A stretch of DNA of 64,000 bases from Balanoglossus misakiensis (lineage: Eukaryota > Animalia > Hemichordata), in contig CM082591.2 of assembly GCA_040954595.2 (NCBI GenBank), positions 1,463,745-1,527,744 of the forward strand, written 5' to 3'. Each line of letters opens with the position of its first letter. The stretch's first letter is position 1. The notes beneath the pieces are model-generated. The model was not told the DNA's origin. It saw nothing but the letters and a program-made list of their open reading frames with translations, and did no database searches. Of the stretch, positions 22,012-35,386 are shown piece by piece. Made by a program: the position numbers and the translations under genes.

Positions 22012-25000
22012 ACAAAGATGTCCCGATAGTCTTTCTTGCCGGTTCCACAATGCATTGCGCGATAATCTTCACCTAGTGTAGACGCAAACGACACCCAGGG
22101 CGCCCTCAAGTTCTTTTTCTCATAGAGTACTTCCAGAAAGTGATGTGATGTCATATTGATCACACCCGACCCACTGCCAAGTAAAATTAACGGGTCCTAA
22201 CGGAAGTCTCAGTAGAAACGAACTCGAGCCATTCGCAAACAGGTATCCTGCAAATGGTCTTTTGCCAAGGTCACTGAACAAGTTTATAAACCGTGTCGTC
22301 TTAATTAAGTGTATTTGGTGTACATTTTTCTAGCTTATCAAGTTAGTGAGAACTGTTATTGGATGAGACGATAGCTAGATGGTTAGTTATTATAGTCACT
22401 CGGTAGCATACGAACGTCATAAAATCGTACAAGGGATGACCAAAATGGCGACCGTCGTAAACATACACAAGTTATGTCCTTTGAACGTGATACCAGCACC
22501 CGTACTATCACACAAAGTACAGAACGGATAGTTTAACTCAAAAACTGCATTTCATGGTTCACAGACCTCACACACGTATTTAGATAACTTTCAAATAATT
22601 TAACCGAAATTTATGAAGGCTACGCGAACTACGACGTTATTAGGAAACCTGTTTCCCCTTCTTCAAAACATTCCCGCTGTGGTCATTCGGCGGCTTGTGT
22701 CACAGACGTGCCGAATACAATCTCGGTTGTTCAAATGACTAGATTCTGCTGTCTCTATGGCAACAGGTTTGTCGTAAAACAAATGAACGTTGTTGTCTGA
22801 GTATATGACGTAGGTAACACTTCATAATTCGCGTGCTCTTCGTACAGTAGGCAGTCGTTATTACGTCATAGCCATCATGGTTATACACCATCATAGTGTT
22901 GTTACGTGAAGAGTCGATAAATCCCCTCTTTATTCGCCAAACGTCTTCAAGTTGTGCTCAGCCATAACAAATCTCCAGGTTTTGTCGGCTGGTCGCACCA
23001 TTAACCGCTGAAAGCCCGCGAATGGTCTGAAGAGCATGTAGTCTGGTCATTGCGTCACGCACGAACAGTCGCAGGCAAATTTTATGACGCCATTTTGTTT
23101 CGATCTTGTGTTGCATGCCAACAAATCTTGGGCTAACATTTTCCTTAAATTTTTTGTTCAACTTTCACTGCACTGTCTTGGTTAAATCTGGACTGGTCAA
23201 ATCTCGCTTCTTTGGAGATTTGTGGCATCACACACTTGCAGTCGTCACCTAGAAGTACAAGCACAGCATATGTTTAATAATAATGACTGAATATTTGACC
23301 TTCACCTGATCGTTTCCTCACCACGTGCAGAACATGAAACATTTAAAGGAAGGGTTACTTACACCAATAAAAATAAATAAAATGACTCCAACACTACAAA
23401 CAAATTTTGCTGAAGTCAATATAACAACAATTAATTACAAGTAGGTATGATTTATCCCCATGTAACTTTTTATTGACAGTTGCCGTTATCACCGTATAAA
23501 TTCAACTAAAAGAGATAAATTATCGTTTTAATTGAGTTCACCGAAGGGTGGTTTAATCAGTCTTTCTGATATCGCCTGTGCATGTGTGTGTTGACCTGGG
23601 CGGAGGGGAATTTCAGGACAAGTTGATGATTCCTGAGGCCCTGTACAGACACACCCGCCATCACCGTTGCTTCTACGCCCACGATGGCTGCAGTAACTCA
23701 CAACACGAGGTGCAAGTCACATGTGTAAAATATAAATAACATTAAATTAAACTCTTTCAGCTTACGTCACTACGTTTTAAGGTTAGTGTCACCATTACCT
23801 AAGGGAAATGCTTGCGTTCTCTGTCACGGGAATCTCGCCATCGAAGGGGGTATGGAATCGAACACATCAGTTATGGCCGCTCATAAAACAAAAGAATTGC
23901 ACCTCTTCGAAGTCCATATTGTTTAACACTTGTCTAGAGTTGTTGAAAATGTCGTTAATTAAACAGACCAGCACTTAAAACCACAGAGGGGGTTAAGTAA
24001 AGGCCAGAACTCATGCACATTAAGGAATCTTTTACAACGTAAAACATTCATCGAGTTTGTTTTTCGATGATTCGTGACAGTCGGGGTCAAAGGTGACCAG
24101 CCTGTATTTTCTCTGAAAATGAATCGGATCATCTGATTGGTCGCGGAGGTAAACAACAAATTTGATATTCCAGAGACTATAATGGCGGCAAATTGCCAGG
24201 TCATAGTAAACGTGCATGTATAGCCCCAGGTCGACCGTAACTGACATCAACTGTATGTATGTCAGTAACCATCAAAAATTATTGTTTTACTCTTTGTATG
24301 CCGTAACTTTACCAAGCTTCAAATCGGAGAATAAACTGTTCAAAATCGTTTTGAAACTTATCTGTGGTTCGTCCACTAGTGCTATGTCTTAAGTCGACTG
24401 ACACAAATTCGTGAGAGCGGGTGGGGTTGAGCGAAGCCTTGTGAAATTACCTACACGTGGGGTGCAATAAAACCGCCATGGGTTCCAGAGAAAATGCAAT
24501 CCCTTTACCTTCCCGATGGTCACCGGGAGGAATCTACATCCCCCACACGAGTGTATCCACCAAACTCTCGTTAAATACACACCGTCTAAGAAAACATATC
24601 ATAATTCATATTACAAATGTCCAGTTTTATGACGGCCATGTTGGTTTTTGGTGTAAGTGGAACTTCGAGGGTGAGATAAACATCTCCTGCCAACAGTACC
24701 ACCCTCGGGCTGCTGTGCCCAACTCAGAGTTTGAGTTGCAACGATATTTCAGGAAAATGGCATTTATTGGTTCTGTCACGTGTTCCTGTAACTACCAGCA
24801 TCGTTTTAAACCATACTCATCCAAACCGAAAGGATTATGAACTGCAAGAGTCACCAAACACATGTCTCTGCATAGAAAACACATCGCATAATCAACATCA
24901 TGATTGGTACTCAGATTCTGTGCCTCTGGTCACAATGAATCATTCTGAAAATAAAGTACGAAGGCCAAAAGTATCGGCTAGACTTTGACGTCATATAGTT

Positions 25001-25599
25001 CACTTCCAATTAAAGTCATCTCCGATCAGAAAATCTCGGAATACAAGTAATTCTTTCTAATCTGTGGAGAGGTACGTATAGCCTCGAGCTGGGGAATATT
25101 GATGGAGCTAGGGCAACCTTGAGGTCACCGGGTCAACTCCTTCTTGTCTAACTAGATATGTCCTTAAACTTACATGTCTGTCTCGGCGCTCGATGTCGTC
25201 TCTCCTATCCCTTTCCATACTTTCCGGAACTGAAAAAACAAATACACAACGATCGAGGTAAACACTTGCCAGAACTGTTTGGCTGTTTGTCATGTCTAAC
25301 GCGTATTCCTCGCGTTGTTTACTCATTGTTGGTGTTCAGCTATGCACACATTCTTAATTTCTCTGTCCAAACTTGGCCAATTAATAGTTGGCCTTACAAA
25401 ATAATGTGACCAGAATTTAAGGTCACGCAGAGGTCATGCTTCTTAGATCTCGAATAATTCTTTATCACAGCAAAATTAAACTAACACTCTGTGGTTTTCA
25501 CATTAAGGAAGTCACATTAAGGAAGTGATAATGTGTTTTCGGTACGATAAACCCTTTTCTGGGTGTTCCGTTTACAAGGCAACGAAGAAATATCGTGTC

Positions 25600-27250
25600 G
25601 TTCGGAAGTGCGGCTTTCAAACAACAAGCACATTATTATTGGTCGATGGTAATAACTTCTTCGGTAGCAGAGTTGTCAAACGGCATCGTTCGTGTCGTTT
25701 GCTCGTAACGTCGATGAGTGGCGTAAACATGCATTGGGGCACGTGGCCAACACAACATTTAAGTTGAAACCGACGTTATACGCTGATCGATGTATACGCC
25801 GAACAGCTCATAAATAATCGCACGATGGGCCTGTAGTGACAATTTTGAGGTCGGTACGAAGTAGTTCTGGCTGAACCTGTCAGGGCTAAAACGCCAACCG
25901 GCTAGATCTACGTAAATTTATCGGGCGGGCGTGATAACGCATGGATTACATAGTTGCCAGGCATGGTCGTGGAATTGTAGACGTCGCGACGTCTCAGTCT
26001 TGCGAAGTAAACGCTACGATTCGGCACGACAACATGGTTTTATTCCAGAACACTGAAATACGAGTAGTAAATCTTTACAGCCTTAATATGAGTCGTGCGG
26101 TCCGGCTACAGTGCAAAATTACAATTTTGACGATACCAATAGAGGGCGCACTATGAAAGCTTTAAATTGACGGATTTGACGTATCCGTGCTCACTATCGA
26201 CTCGGTTTCCTTTCGGATTGATACGAGGGGCGTCGCTGGTTTCATGCTGACTGCATGCGCAAGACAAACTCATCAGTTGTGAATGCTTCTTGTCCATTCA
26301 GCGTCGTTGAGCCGAAACGTGGCAAGCGCCCGGGGGAAAGCGAACCACTGGAGATCAACAAAAGACGAACAAAGGATTTTACAAATCGTTCGGCTGGTGA
26401 TATTTTATCTCGGAGAACTAGCAGCCAGTGCGCAAAAGCTTCTGAAGTAGTCAGGGAGATCTGAGAGAAAGCGCGTCAGGAACCTGTTCGTGGTCGTTGC
26501 CATGGGTAAATCGGAGAAAAGAGAAACGGGCGAAACGGCTTGGTGTTGCAAGTACACGATACGAGTCTACAGTCTCTTGATGGTGGTAAGTTGGTGATTT
26601 TTTGCGTGTTCGCTTCAAAACTGATAATCAAATGTGTGAACAACGATAACTTCGGAGTTGTGACTCGGTGATTATGACGGTTTGATTTCGCCGACGCGGA
26701 CGCGCGCGTGATGAGCGCAACCAGGTCAAAGCATCCATCCTCCAATTTTCGAAGCGTTAACCTGTTATCTCGTTGTGGATAGAAGAAGAAAAAGCGATTT
26801 ATAGGTCACGGTGTTATCCATCCGCAATTTTGAATTAACGCTGGGGTGACTGAACCAGGTACTGGCTCGTTGCCGAGCGTCAGCGCGTTCTGTCTTCGAA
26901 TTCTGCCTGAACGTTTTAATAGCTTTTACAAGTGCCCTCTCTGACAAAGAGCGTCTGTCATCACAGTATCACCTGCGACTGCGTCACATCACGCGCATCT
27001 GCAGGTAAATTTGTCAATCTTCGCGCGGTATTGGGGGAGAAACGTGCTCCTAATGTGTGGTCCCTTGCCTTTACCGACGATTTTGTAAAGACACCGGCGT
27101 TTTTGAAGAGCTTACGGCATTCAGAGAGTCACGGATGACGTGCCAGATGGCCCCCGTATGCAGATTTGGACACCCGGGCAATTGACACATTACACACACA
27201 GTCAGAGACGCGGTTATGGTTCGCGTTCAATATTGTTGCCCTCAGATCAC
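25600..27250. promoter_or_regulatory. CpG-rich, promoter-like region (possible distal promoter of the + strand tetraspanin and/or a divergent transcript)
   Basis: Visibly CpG-rich compared with the CpG-poor 37-64 kb region. CTCF-like CCAATAGAGGGCGC at about 26136; donor-like cag|gtaaat near 27004; no credible ORF. Confidence 0.35.
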
Positions 27251-30200
27251 ACGCACAGCAATAACGGTGTGTTATCCGTAATATAACCCGACATTTGAAT
27301 AAATGATAAAAGCATGGCGCTGGCCAAGCGATACAGCAATCTAAGTAGGTAGGGTGTTTAAAATGCAACAAAATGCTTCAATAAAAGATAAAAATAATCA
27401 TTTAATAAAATTTACGTCTTTGTCGTTATAGTAAACCTAACCGCGTAGACAGACATTAATATTCACGCCACGTTCGCTACGCATCATTGTACTATTATAC
27501 ATCAATTGTGCTCAATATTGATTTTTTAAGACTGGATTTTGCCGATATTGATGTCAATTGTTAATGTTATGAGAATGTTACAAGAGTTTTACATGCGGAA
27601 ATAATATATTTTTCTTTTTAAATTGATGTAATTTAAAACGTGATCAATATCATGATCTACGTTCAGTTTGACTGTTCCACGCCGATATTCGAACAATATA
27701 ATAAAATTACTGGTGTCTACAATAGGACATACCATTAATTCAGAGGGGTGTCAAGCACATTGGAATTGGTGGTGATCAGGTATTGCCAACAGACTCAGTC
27801 ATTTAGCCGTACACCACTGAATAAATCATACATATTTGATTTTGTGAATAAACAAATTTCACGGTACCACTGACACGTGTAAACATTTTTCATGTTTTGT
27901 TTATGAGTACGAGTCATTCATAGAAAAGGGGCCGACCATTGGTTTTCGACGTGGGTGGATTGAGGATATAAAAGGCACCATGATGTATATTTGTTGGTTG
28001 GTTGTTTACTTGCACCATCTAGACCCTACTGCCCTTGATGCAGTTATATCTTTCAATCGCATTGCAAATGACTACCTGCCGGGCCCAATCGACCATAGCT
28101 CCGGGCTGCATTTGGTTTATTGACATTCAATTTCGCGTTATCTCATCATATATATACACCTAGCCTCATCTAACATTTCGCATGTCTCTACATGGGAATA
28201 ATCATATTAGACTATTATAGGCCTATAGACGCCATACTTATTTTGGACAAAAACCTCTCAGCCTTTTCCATCGTTCGTTTGCGTTCTCACTCGTTAGGTG
28301 ATCGCTCTGTGACCGATATTTTATTCTAGATGCGGTAAAACCAGACACACAGCGCCTTTTTGACTGATGGTAATGTACACACAATCTTAGAACCACTAGG
28401 AACCTTCAGGGAATGTTCACAGCTGTGCCCTTATGGCAATATGGCGGCCCTTTTGATTCTGCTGAATGGCGCAGCGCATGCGCGCATGCAATGGCCAATT
28501 TGAGTTTTGAGTTATGCTTGCAGAGCTGCAATTGAAGGCGCGGGATAATGATGAATGACCTGGAGTAGAAAATTGGCCTTTTACTAGGAATTTCGTCACA
28601 GTCGGCTCCATTTATAGGCTTCACACAGTTATACTAAAACGATGACGTCAGTAATAGAAGTTGACATTAAAAGTAATCACAGACTCTGTTCATGTATTAC
28701 TCCGCCAGATGTCTGCCAATCAGTGGTGTCATATAGAGCGTTTCAAAAACAAAGTGCCAACTATTGTCAATTCAGATAAACATTTCCAAAGTCACAACTG
28801 ATACAGTAACTTATTATGTGTTAATTTATAATCAACACAAGCGCTGTAAGTTCAAAATCGGATAAACTGTTTATCGTTTGTATTGACGTGCAAAGCAAAA
28901 GGGCATCACCTTTCAAGAATTGTTGTCGCAATAATAGCATTTGCAGTAAACATTATCGTCATAAAAAACTACTGTTCCAGTACTTTCTCCACTGTAAATA
29001 TGGAGTCTTTCACAAATCGTCTACATAAGTCGCAATTACTTTCATTATCGCCTGTCCAATAGCCAACATTTGCATCTTCTGTATATATATTTACACTTCG
29101 TATAATAAGGTATTCGACTCGTCCGTTAAACAAACCACTCTAAAAATAAACATCCTTTCACTTACAGATGTAATGTCCCGTTTAAGCTGTTAGTCAATCA
29201 TGGATATTGAGACTGGGTGTCACACAGGTCAGATAATCCAAGTTGAAATGGTAACAATTTTTCTGAAGGTGCTTCCCTTCAAGACAAGTGAAACTCTCTA
29301 ACAAATTACATCTGACTCAACAAAAAGTTACAAGAAGATTGTTTTCACGTGGTTTCCATGGACAGAGGAGGTAAACTCTAGTTGCCAGGCAACACTCAAA
29401 GATCATCTGGGGTAATATTTGCTCAACTCGTTTCTTCAAATTCAGTTATTTGTAAAAGTGGAATATATACTCGACTACTTGGGTTCGTCCATAGAGACGG
29501 GGATGTTAAACATTCAAGCACAACAAGAAATTGTCTGTCATTTCCCTCTGCAGTGACGTCATTCTGTGTTCAGTGACCCGGATGTAACCCTTCCACGAAC
29601 ACAGTGCCGTCCTGTGACTGGATAAACACGCTGATCAATTAGAGTTAATTAATTCATCACTTCATAATCGCTTGTAAAGTGATGTAATAATAAACATCGA
29701 TTTCCGAGGAACAGACGACTACACAAACATGTTCCCCGTCGACAAACAAAATCTGATCCGACTTATTTCGTTGCGTAATCTTCGCATTAGTAAGTCAGAT
29801 GGCGCATCCATGGGCCCTGGTGTCAATGGCACGGCCTGAAATCACGGGTTAGACAGCTAAGAAGAGTCTAGGTGGTTGAATGATGGAGTTTTCTCTTGAT
29901 TAATGACAATCAGTCGACAGAAAGTCATATGTCATGCGCCTCTCGTGTTTTAAAAGTCTCGCGAGGTCACGCGGGGTTTGCCCTTACTCTGGGGCAACGC
30001 CCTCTCTGGCTTCTGACGACAGAATCCTGTAAAGTTACGACTTCTAGTCACGATTTTTACAAGCAATCGCCGTCAATCAAAGCACTAACCGGCGCCAGTG
30101 TAGTTCCGTCGAGGTTCTAGTAGACGAAACGAGTGCCGTTCTTTCCATCACGGTCAATCTGAGATAAATAGAGATGTCTGCCCAAGCATCGCATGATGAA

Positions 30201-33200
30201 AACTTCACTTCAAGATCAAAATATTTCACTCTTCCAAACAAACCTTTACGAAATTGAATTTTGTTTCAAGGGTTATCTGAAAGCCAAACAGCTTCACGGG
30301 GGTCTAAATTGTCCGAATTGATGACGCGAAACAGGCCTAGGTTGCTATGACGTCAGTGATAGTGCTGTTCTCAGATGAGAAACATCTACCAGCGAAAAGG
30401 AATAATTCGATATCATCAACAAGGAAAGGTCAAAGGTCAGACTAATTAGAGGCAGGGAAGACCTGGCTAACGTTGATTTTTTAGTTTGTTAAAAAATCTT
30501 CGTCTACGCCTCAGATCGATAGTCTGCCCCTCTGAGTTCAAAATAAGGGTCGCCCACCGCGCGAACAGAGGTAGTCAAGCACGTATATGACGTGTTGAAA
30601 GTCGTCAGGTAAAACTGTAATAAGACCTTGTCAGACAGACATCGATGTGGACCCTTGGTCTGACCTCATTGCTAAAAATGTGATTTATTAGGTATATTGG
30701 TTCGAATCCCTTGGGCTGGAAACATCTACGTCGATAAAAATTGACGGAAAGCGTAATGAACTGCGACGAGGTTATTCGACTAAGTGTTCGGCAGAGGCAG
30801 ATAGAATTTATTGTCCCGTGGGGCTTTGCGAGGAAACCAGCCATCTCGAGAGAAGTCGAGATCTCGCAACTCCCGAGGTGTGTACGTGAACAAGACAGCT
30901 TTTGGAAATATGGCTGTTCGTACAACAGAATTGCAGCGGACATTCAACTAACATGTCAAGTGATGTCTCAAACATGTGTTTATCCGACTGTTACAATTAA
31001 ACGAATTATGTCAAACGTGAAAACATGCAGAGTAAAGATGGCAACACAGTTTACAGTTTCAAATGTTTGCACCCTCCAAGCAGACTGCTAACCACACTCC
31101 AACCCCGCCCAGAATCTAACTTCTAAACTACTACAAAATCCAGAAACCCACAAAAATAAACAATTTGGCTGGATTCCATCAAATCAGTACATAAAGTAAA
31201 TATTTCCACTAATTAACGCATAGCGTTACAGCGATTTGTTTATTCGACCTTCCTGGGATTTGATAATGAAAGAATCCGAATCCGAAATGGTCGCCAGGGA
31301 GGGTCAACTGATGTCACGTGTCTGTCGACACGCCATTTTTGTAAGAAGCGATGAAACACGATGAAGTGGATTCAAGTATCTGAATCTCAATAACATCCAA
31401 ATGTTTTCAAGTAGAACAAATCAATGCATGTGTTTAGGCTGTCGACAGAAAGTAGTTGAATTTTTGAGTATCGATCAGTCACGTTTAGCGTGTTCAGTTG
31501 CAGGGGGAGTTCGAATTCTGGATTCTATCATTCACCAGAACTGCCACTTTCTGGCCCTATGCCGTTGTTGTTCTATACACAGCCTAAAACTGAGAAGGGT
31601 CTTTCGGCAAATCTATTCTTTTAAAACATTGCGTCCATATTTGCATCAGAAACAAGTCAAGCCTGTAGCAAATATTCAAGACACAACACTCGATCTATGC
31701 TATTTGTTTTATAGTTCTATTTCAAAGTTGCAGACGTGGCAGAAAAGGAACACTATCAGAATGATCACATAAGACATATCACTGAGCGAATGATAAATAA
31801 CGTTGTTTTGTGGTTTCTGATTTGACGGATTGTTCGGGGTAATTGAGGGGAGAGTTCAGACTTGAAACAGAATCCGTTTGTCGTCATCAGACTTTGAATA
31901 ACACGATTTTGTTGTTTTTCTTGTGTTCCTGTGTTTACAGGAAAGTTGTTTGACGCGGGGTTCTTGTTAGAGGGATCACATCTGGTTTTTGTATGCCGGA
32001 GATTAGGGGCCGAAAATTAAGTGCTTTGCATTGACACCTCTGCACAACCCTACATCGATTTTAATTTTTGACGTGTGCACGACAGAAAATTTGAACAGAT
32101 CTGGAACACTGTCAACTAACATTCTGCCACGTTGGTTGCACGATCATGGATATGGAGAGGGGTAAGGTCAGATGGGGTCAGTCATCCGGGTCAGTCGTGG
32201 CAACCCACCAACTGCTGCAACCGAAATAGAATACCTGACAACTTCTTGTATTCAGTTCTCGTGGTTGATTCTAAGAGAAATTCAATCGGAAGGTTCTCAT
32301 GTGAAATTATCAAATGAAATCACTCCACCGTTATTTGTTTTCACGTTTTACCACAACTTTCTTAGATCTTGTTTACTGTTTGAACTCGTTTGGCATGGTG
32401 AGATAGCAACGTAGTTTAAAACATTATTTGTTGAATCTCTTCTATCGGAACATATTTTGACCATAGCACTTTCAATACTATTAGTTTTTCAGAAATTCAA
32501 CAAGGTTATTATGAGAATAAAAGTAGACTAACATTCCCACCCGACATATAGAGATATGTTCTACTGCGAACGAGGTTATTTTATGACGTCACGGCGGAAG
32601 TACCCATAATCCTAATTGTCTCACGTCCGGCCGCGGTTTCAACGGACACTGGGTAGCGCCATCTTGTGATACAGATCGATGTTTAGAAATCGCTAATTTA
32701 AAAGCAAAACTTGTCAAGGACACACATGATCAGTTTGAATTCCCAAAAGTCTTGCACTAGTACTCCTTCAGCCAAAAACGCACCCACCCCCTCCCCAGCC
32801 CTCACCCTGTATGATAGAATGACCACTCCCTTAGAGAGTTCCGGGAGGATCATGAGACACGTACACTACACGGAAACCTAATCCACAGTAAAGCCGTAAC
32901 CATCATACGTGGGAGTCTTGACAATTACGCGGGAGACATGATCGTAAAGGTTTTTCTATTGCACTTAAGCGTCTCCAGATTCCGGAGATATACTGTCAGG
33001 GAAATTGATCGTTTCACTGGTCATAGTTGTGTCTGAGTCTAATATTAATATTTTTGATTCATATGCACAACAAGAATTTTTGATCAGTTTATATTCAAAA
33101 ATGTAAATATTTAATTTTTCGAGTTCTCGGTGAAAACGTACAGCTAGTTTAAAATGATCTGGGTGGGGAATGCTAAGCTCATTAATAAAATATGCCAGGG

Positions 33201-35386
33201 TCGGAGCATTTCAAAATGAAGGAATTTAGTTTTGTTAATCCACCAGATTAGGCAAAATGCGAAAGCACATCTGCAACAGAAATGATAACGTTAAATATGC
33301 ATGTCTGGTGAATACGTGGGTGGAAGTGTACAAGCTATGCGGAGAAGTCGCGCTAGTGTGAGCTCAGTCATGATAGCTTTATTTTACGGCGGGTGCTTTC
33401 AAGTTGTTAGATGAGGCGGAAATCCTAGCCCTGCACTTGGACGTCATATATCGTTTTGTTATCCGACAAAATTCATCTATAACAATGAAAAGCAATAGCT
33501 ACTAATTTAGCCGATGAGTCACTATTCTATTGGACCTTGAATAAATCCGTCTTCATTGATAAAGGAGATCACTTTGAGACAAGGGGTGGTTCTGTGGCCG
33601 CTGCTATAATACACGTCCCTTTGGCGGTAATATACAGCTCCGCCAACTAATAGCGTTATTTACGTTGGCTTCGATTCAATTTTCCTCGGCTAGAATCATC
33701 CTTTTATCGAATTTATGCCATTTGCCAACTTCAATAAAAGCTGTCTACTCCTAACAACGTCGCTGATAACCAAATGCGAAATAAAAACCCATTAGCGATG
33801 AAGTGATTGTACAATATCTACCACTGGGGGCGCTATTAAGTTTGCACAGGACAGTTTTAGACCTTATACATTATTTGGACTTCAGAAAGCCCGTCGACAG
33901 AATAACCTCAAACTGGTGACTCCGGAATAACACCGAGTACAATATCCCCCTCAACGTTGGTAATTGATCCTGGGAGTTGTTGTATGGTTTAAATACAGCA
34001 TTTTCAGAACGAATACTTATCGACTGGAACGATATGATCCACACAATATTAAAAGGAGCGACTTTTAATTTTCGCTCAATTCACAAATCGTTTGGTCCAA
34101 CGACAAAATGTACGAAGTTTGTTGTCTTTAAAAGTTCTCCTGGCCCTATTTCTCTTCTTCGGTTGTCCACGCGTGCTCTTGCAAATCGCACGTCCGACAA
34201 TACGAACTACGACTATCCTAATACGTCATCATCTATATTGTGCAAACTTCAAATCACAACGCCTTAGGATACATCCCAGACTACGCCAAGTGTTTTTGGT
34301 AGCAGGTGTTCCCGGTCTTGTCTTTAACTTATGTGGTCCTTTTACAACTTGGTTTATGTCTCGCTTTGCTTCACCGCAGACACACTATCTTCCCAGGGCG
34401 AGAAGTTGCCCAAAACTCGATCTGTATTTCGCCGCCAAAAAACGGAAACTCGAGTTTCATTGCTTTGCTACTAAAATGAGGGTCAGGGAAACCGCACTTT
34501 CTTTCAGGCTGGGTGGCCTGAGCTCGCCCACTTTTAGTGACCGGCAGTGAAGGGGTCATGGATGGCAATAAAGCCTGTCAACATTCGCTCACAAGTATAC
34601 TATAGTCTTAAACTAACTATCCCATAATTATGGCAGTTATCTGACCGAACTCGCATGACTTAATTTATCGGATCAAGAAGTTTAACCTCATATTCAATAA
34701 TTGGCCGATTAATTCATTCGTAACAGCTCAATTAAGCTCAATAAGTTAATTAATTAAAATGCTGATTATATGATAAATAACAATTTAATTTATTAATATT
34801 CTTGTCGGGGAGATATATATCCAAGAGAATGATTTGGCTGATGGGCCACACCCTAAAATGTACTGCCTCATATGGTAGGCCTAGGTGGTATTATAGGGCT
34901 TCAGAGTTGCTTGGGGCTTATTTGGACAATACATTGACACCCTATTACAAACAGAAGAAGCTTCTATTGTCTATGTCCTTATCTGAAAAGGCACTTATCT
35001 CCATTTGGCGTTAATTTCTGCAATGTACACTGAGCGTGGACTATATCATCAAGGATGATGCTTCTTTTTCATTTTGACAACTCAATATTTTCGAAGTGAA
35101 ATCTGTTATCGATGTGTGCTGAATTTTTTATTACAACGCTTCTAACTTAAATTAAATAACTCGGCTATCATATCTGAGAATCTTCAACGAATTCCAAATA
35201 CATTCCTGAAGCGCTGTGGTATCATTATCCACCCACGTTGATATAATGGTATCGCCTATTCAGCTATAGTACGCGTCGCTGACATAGGGCACACACATAT
35301 ACATACGGTAGCTATATATATCGGCATACGCTTAAGACGGATATATTGTGTAATATTGCTTAAACTAGGCAAGGAAATCTACCAGG

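Noticed and set aside
21418-22081. Several overlapping alternative-frame and antisense ORFs
   Set aside because: By-products of the GC-rich low-complexity tail exon.
33821-33836. CTCF-like ccactgggggcgcta
   Set aside because: One base short of the consensus register; a single weak match.
34092-34550. 152-aa ORF, and similar 100-127 aa ORFs at 24457, 30605-31772, 48824, 50198 and 55099
   Set aside because: Mostly non-ATG starts, no recognisable domain, no supporting exon structure.
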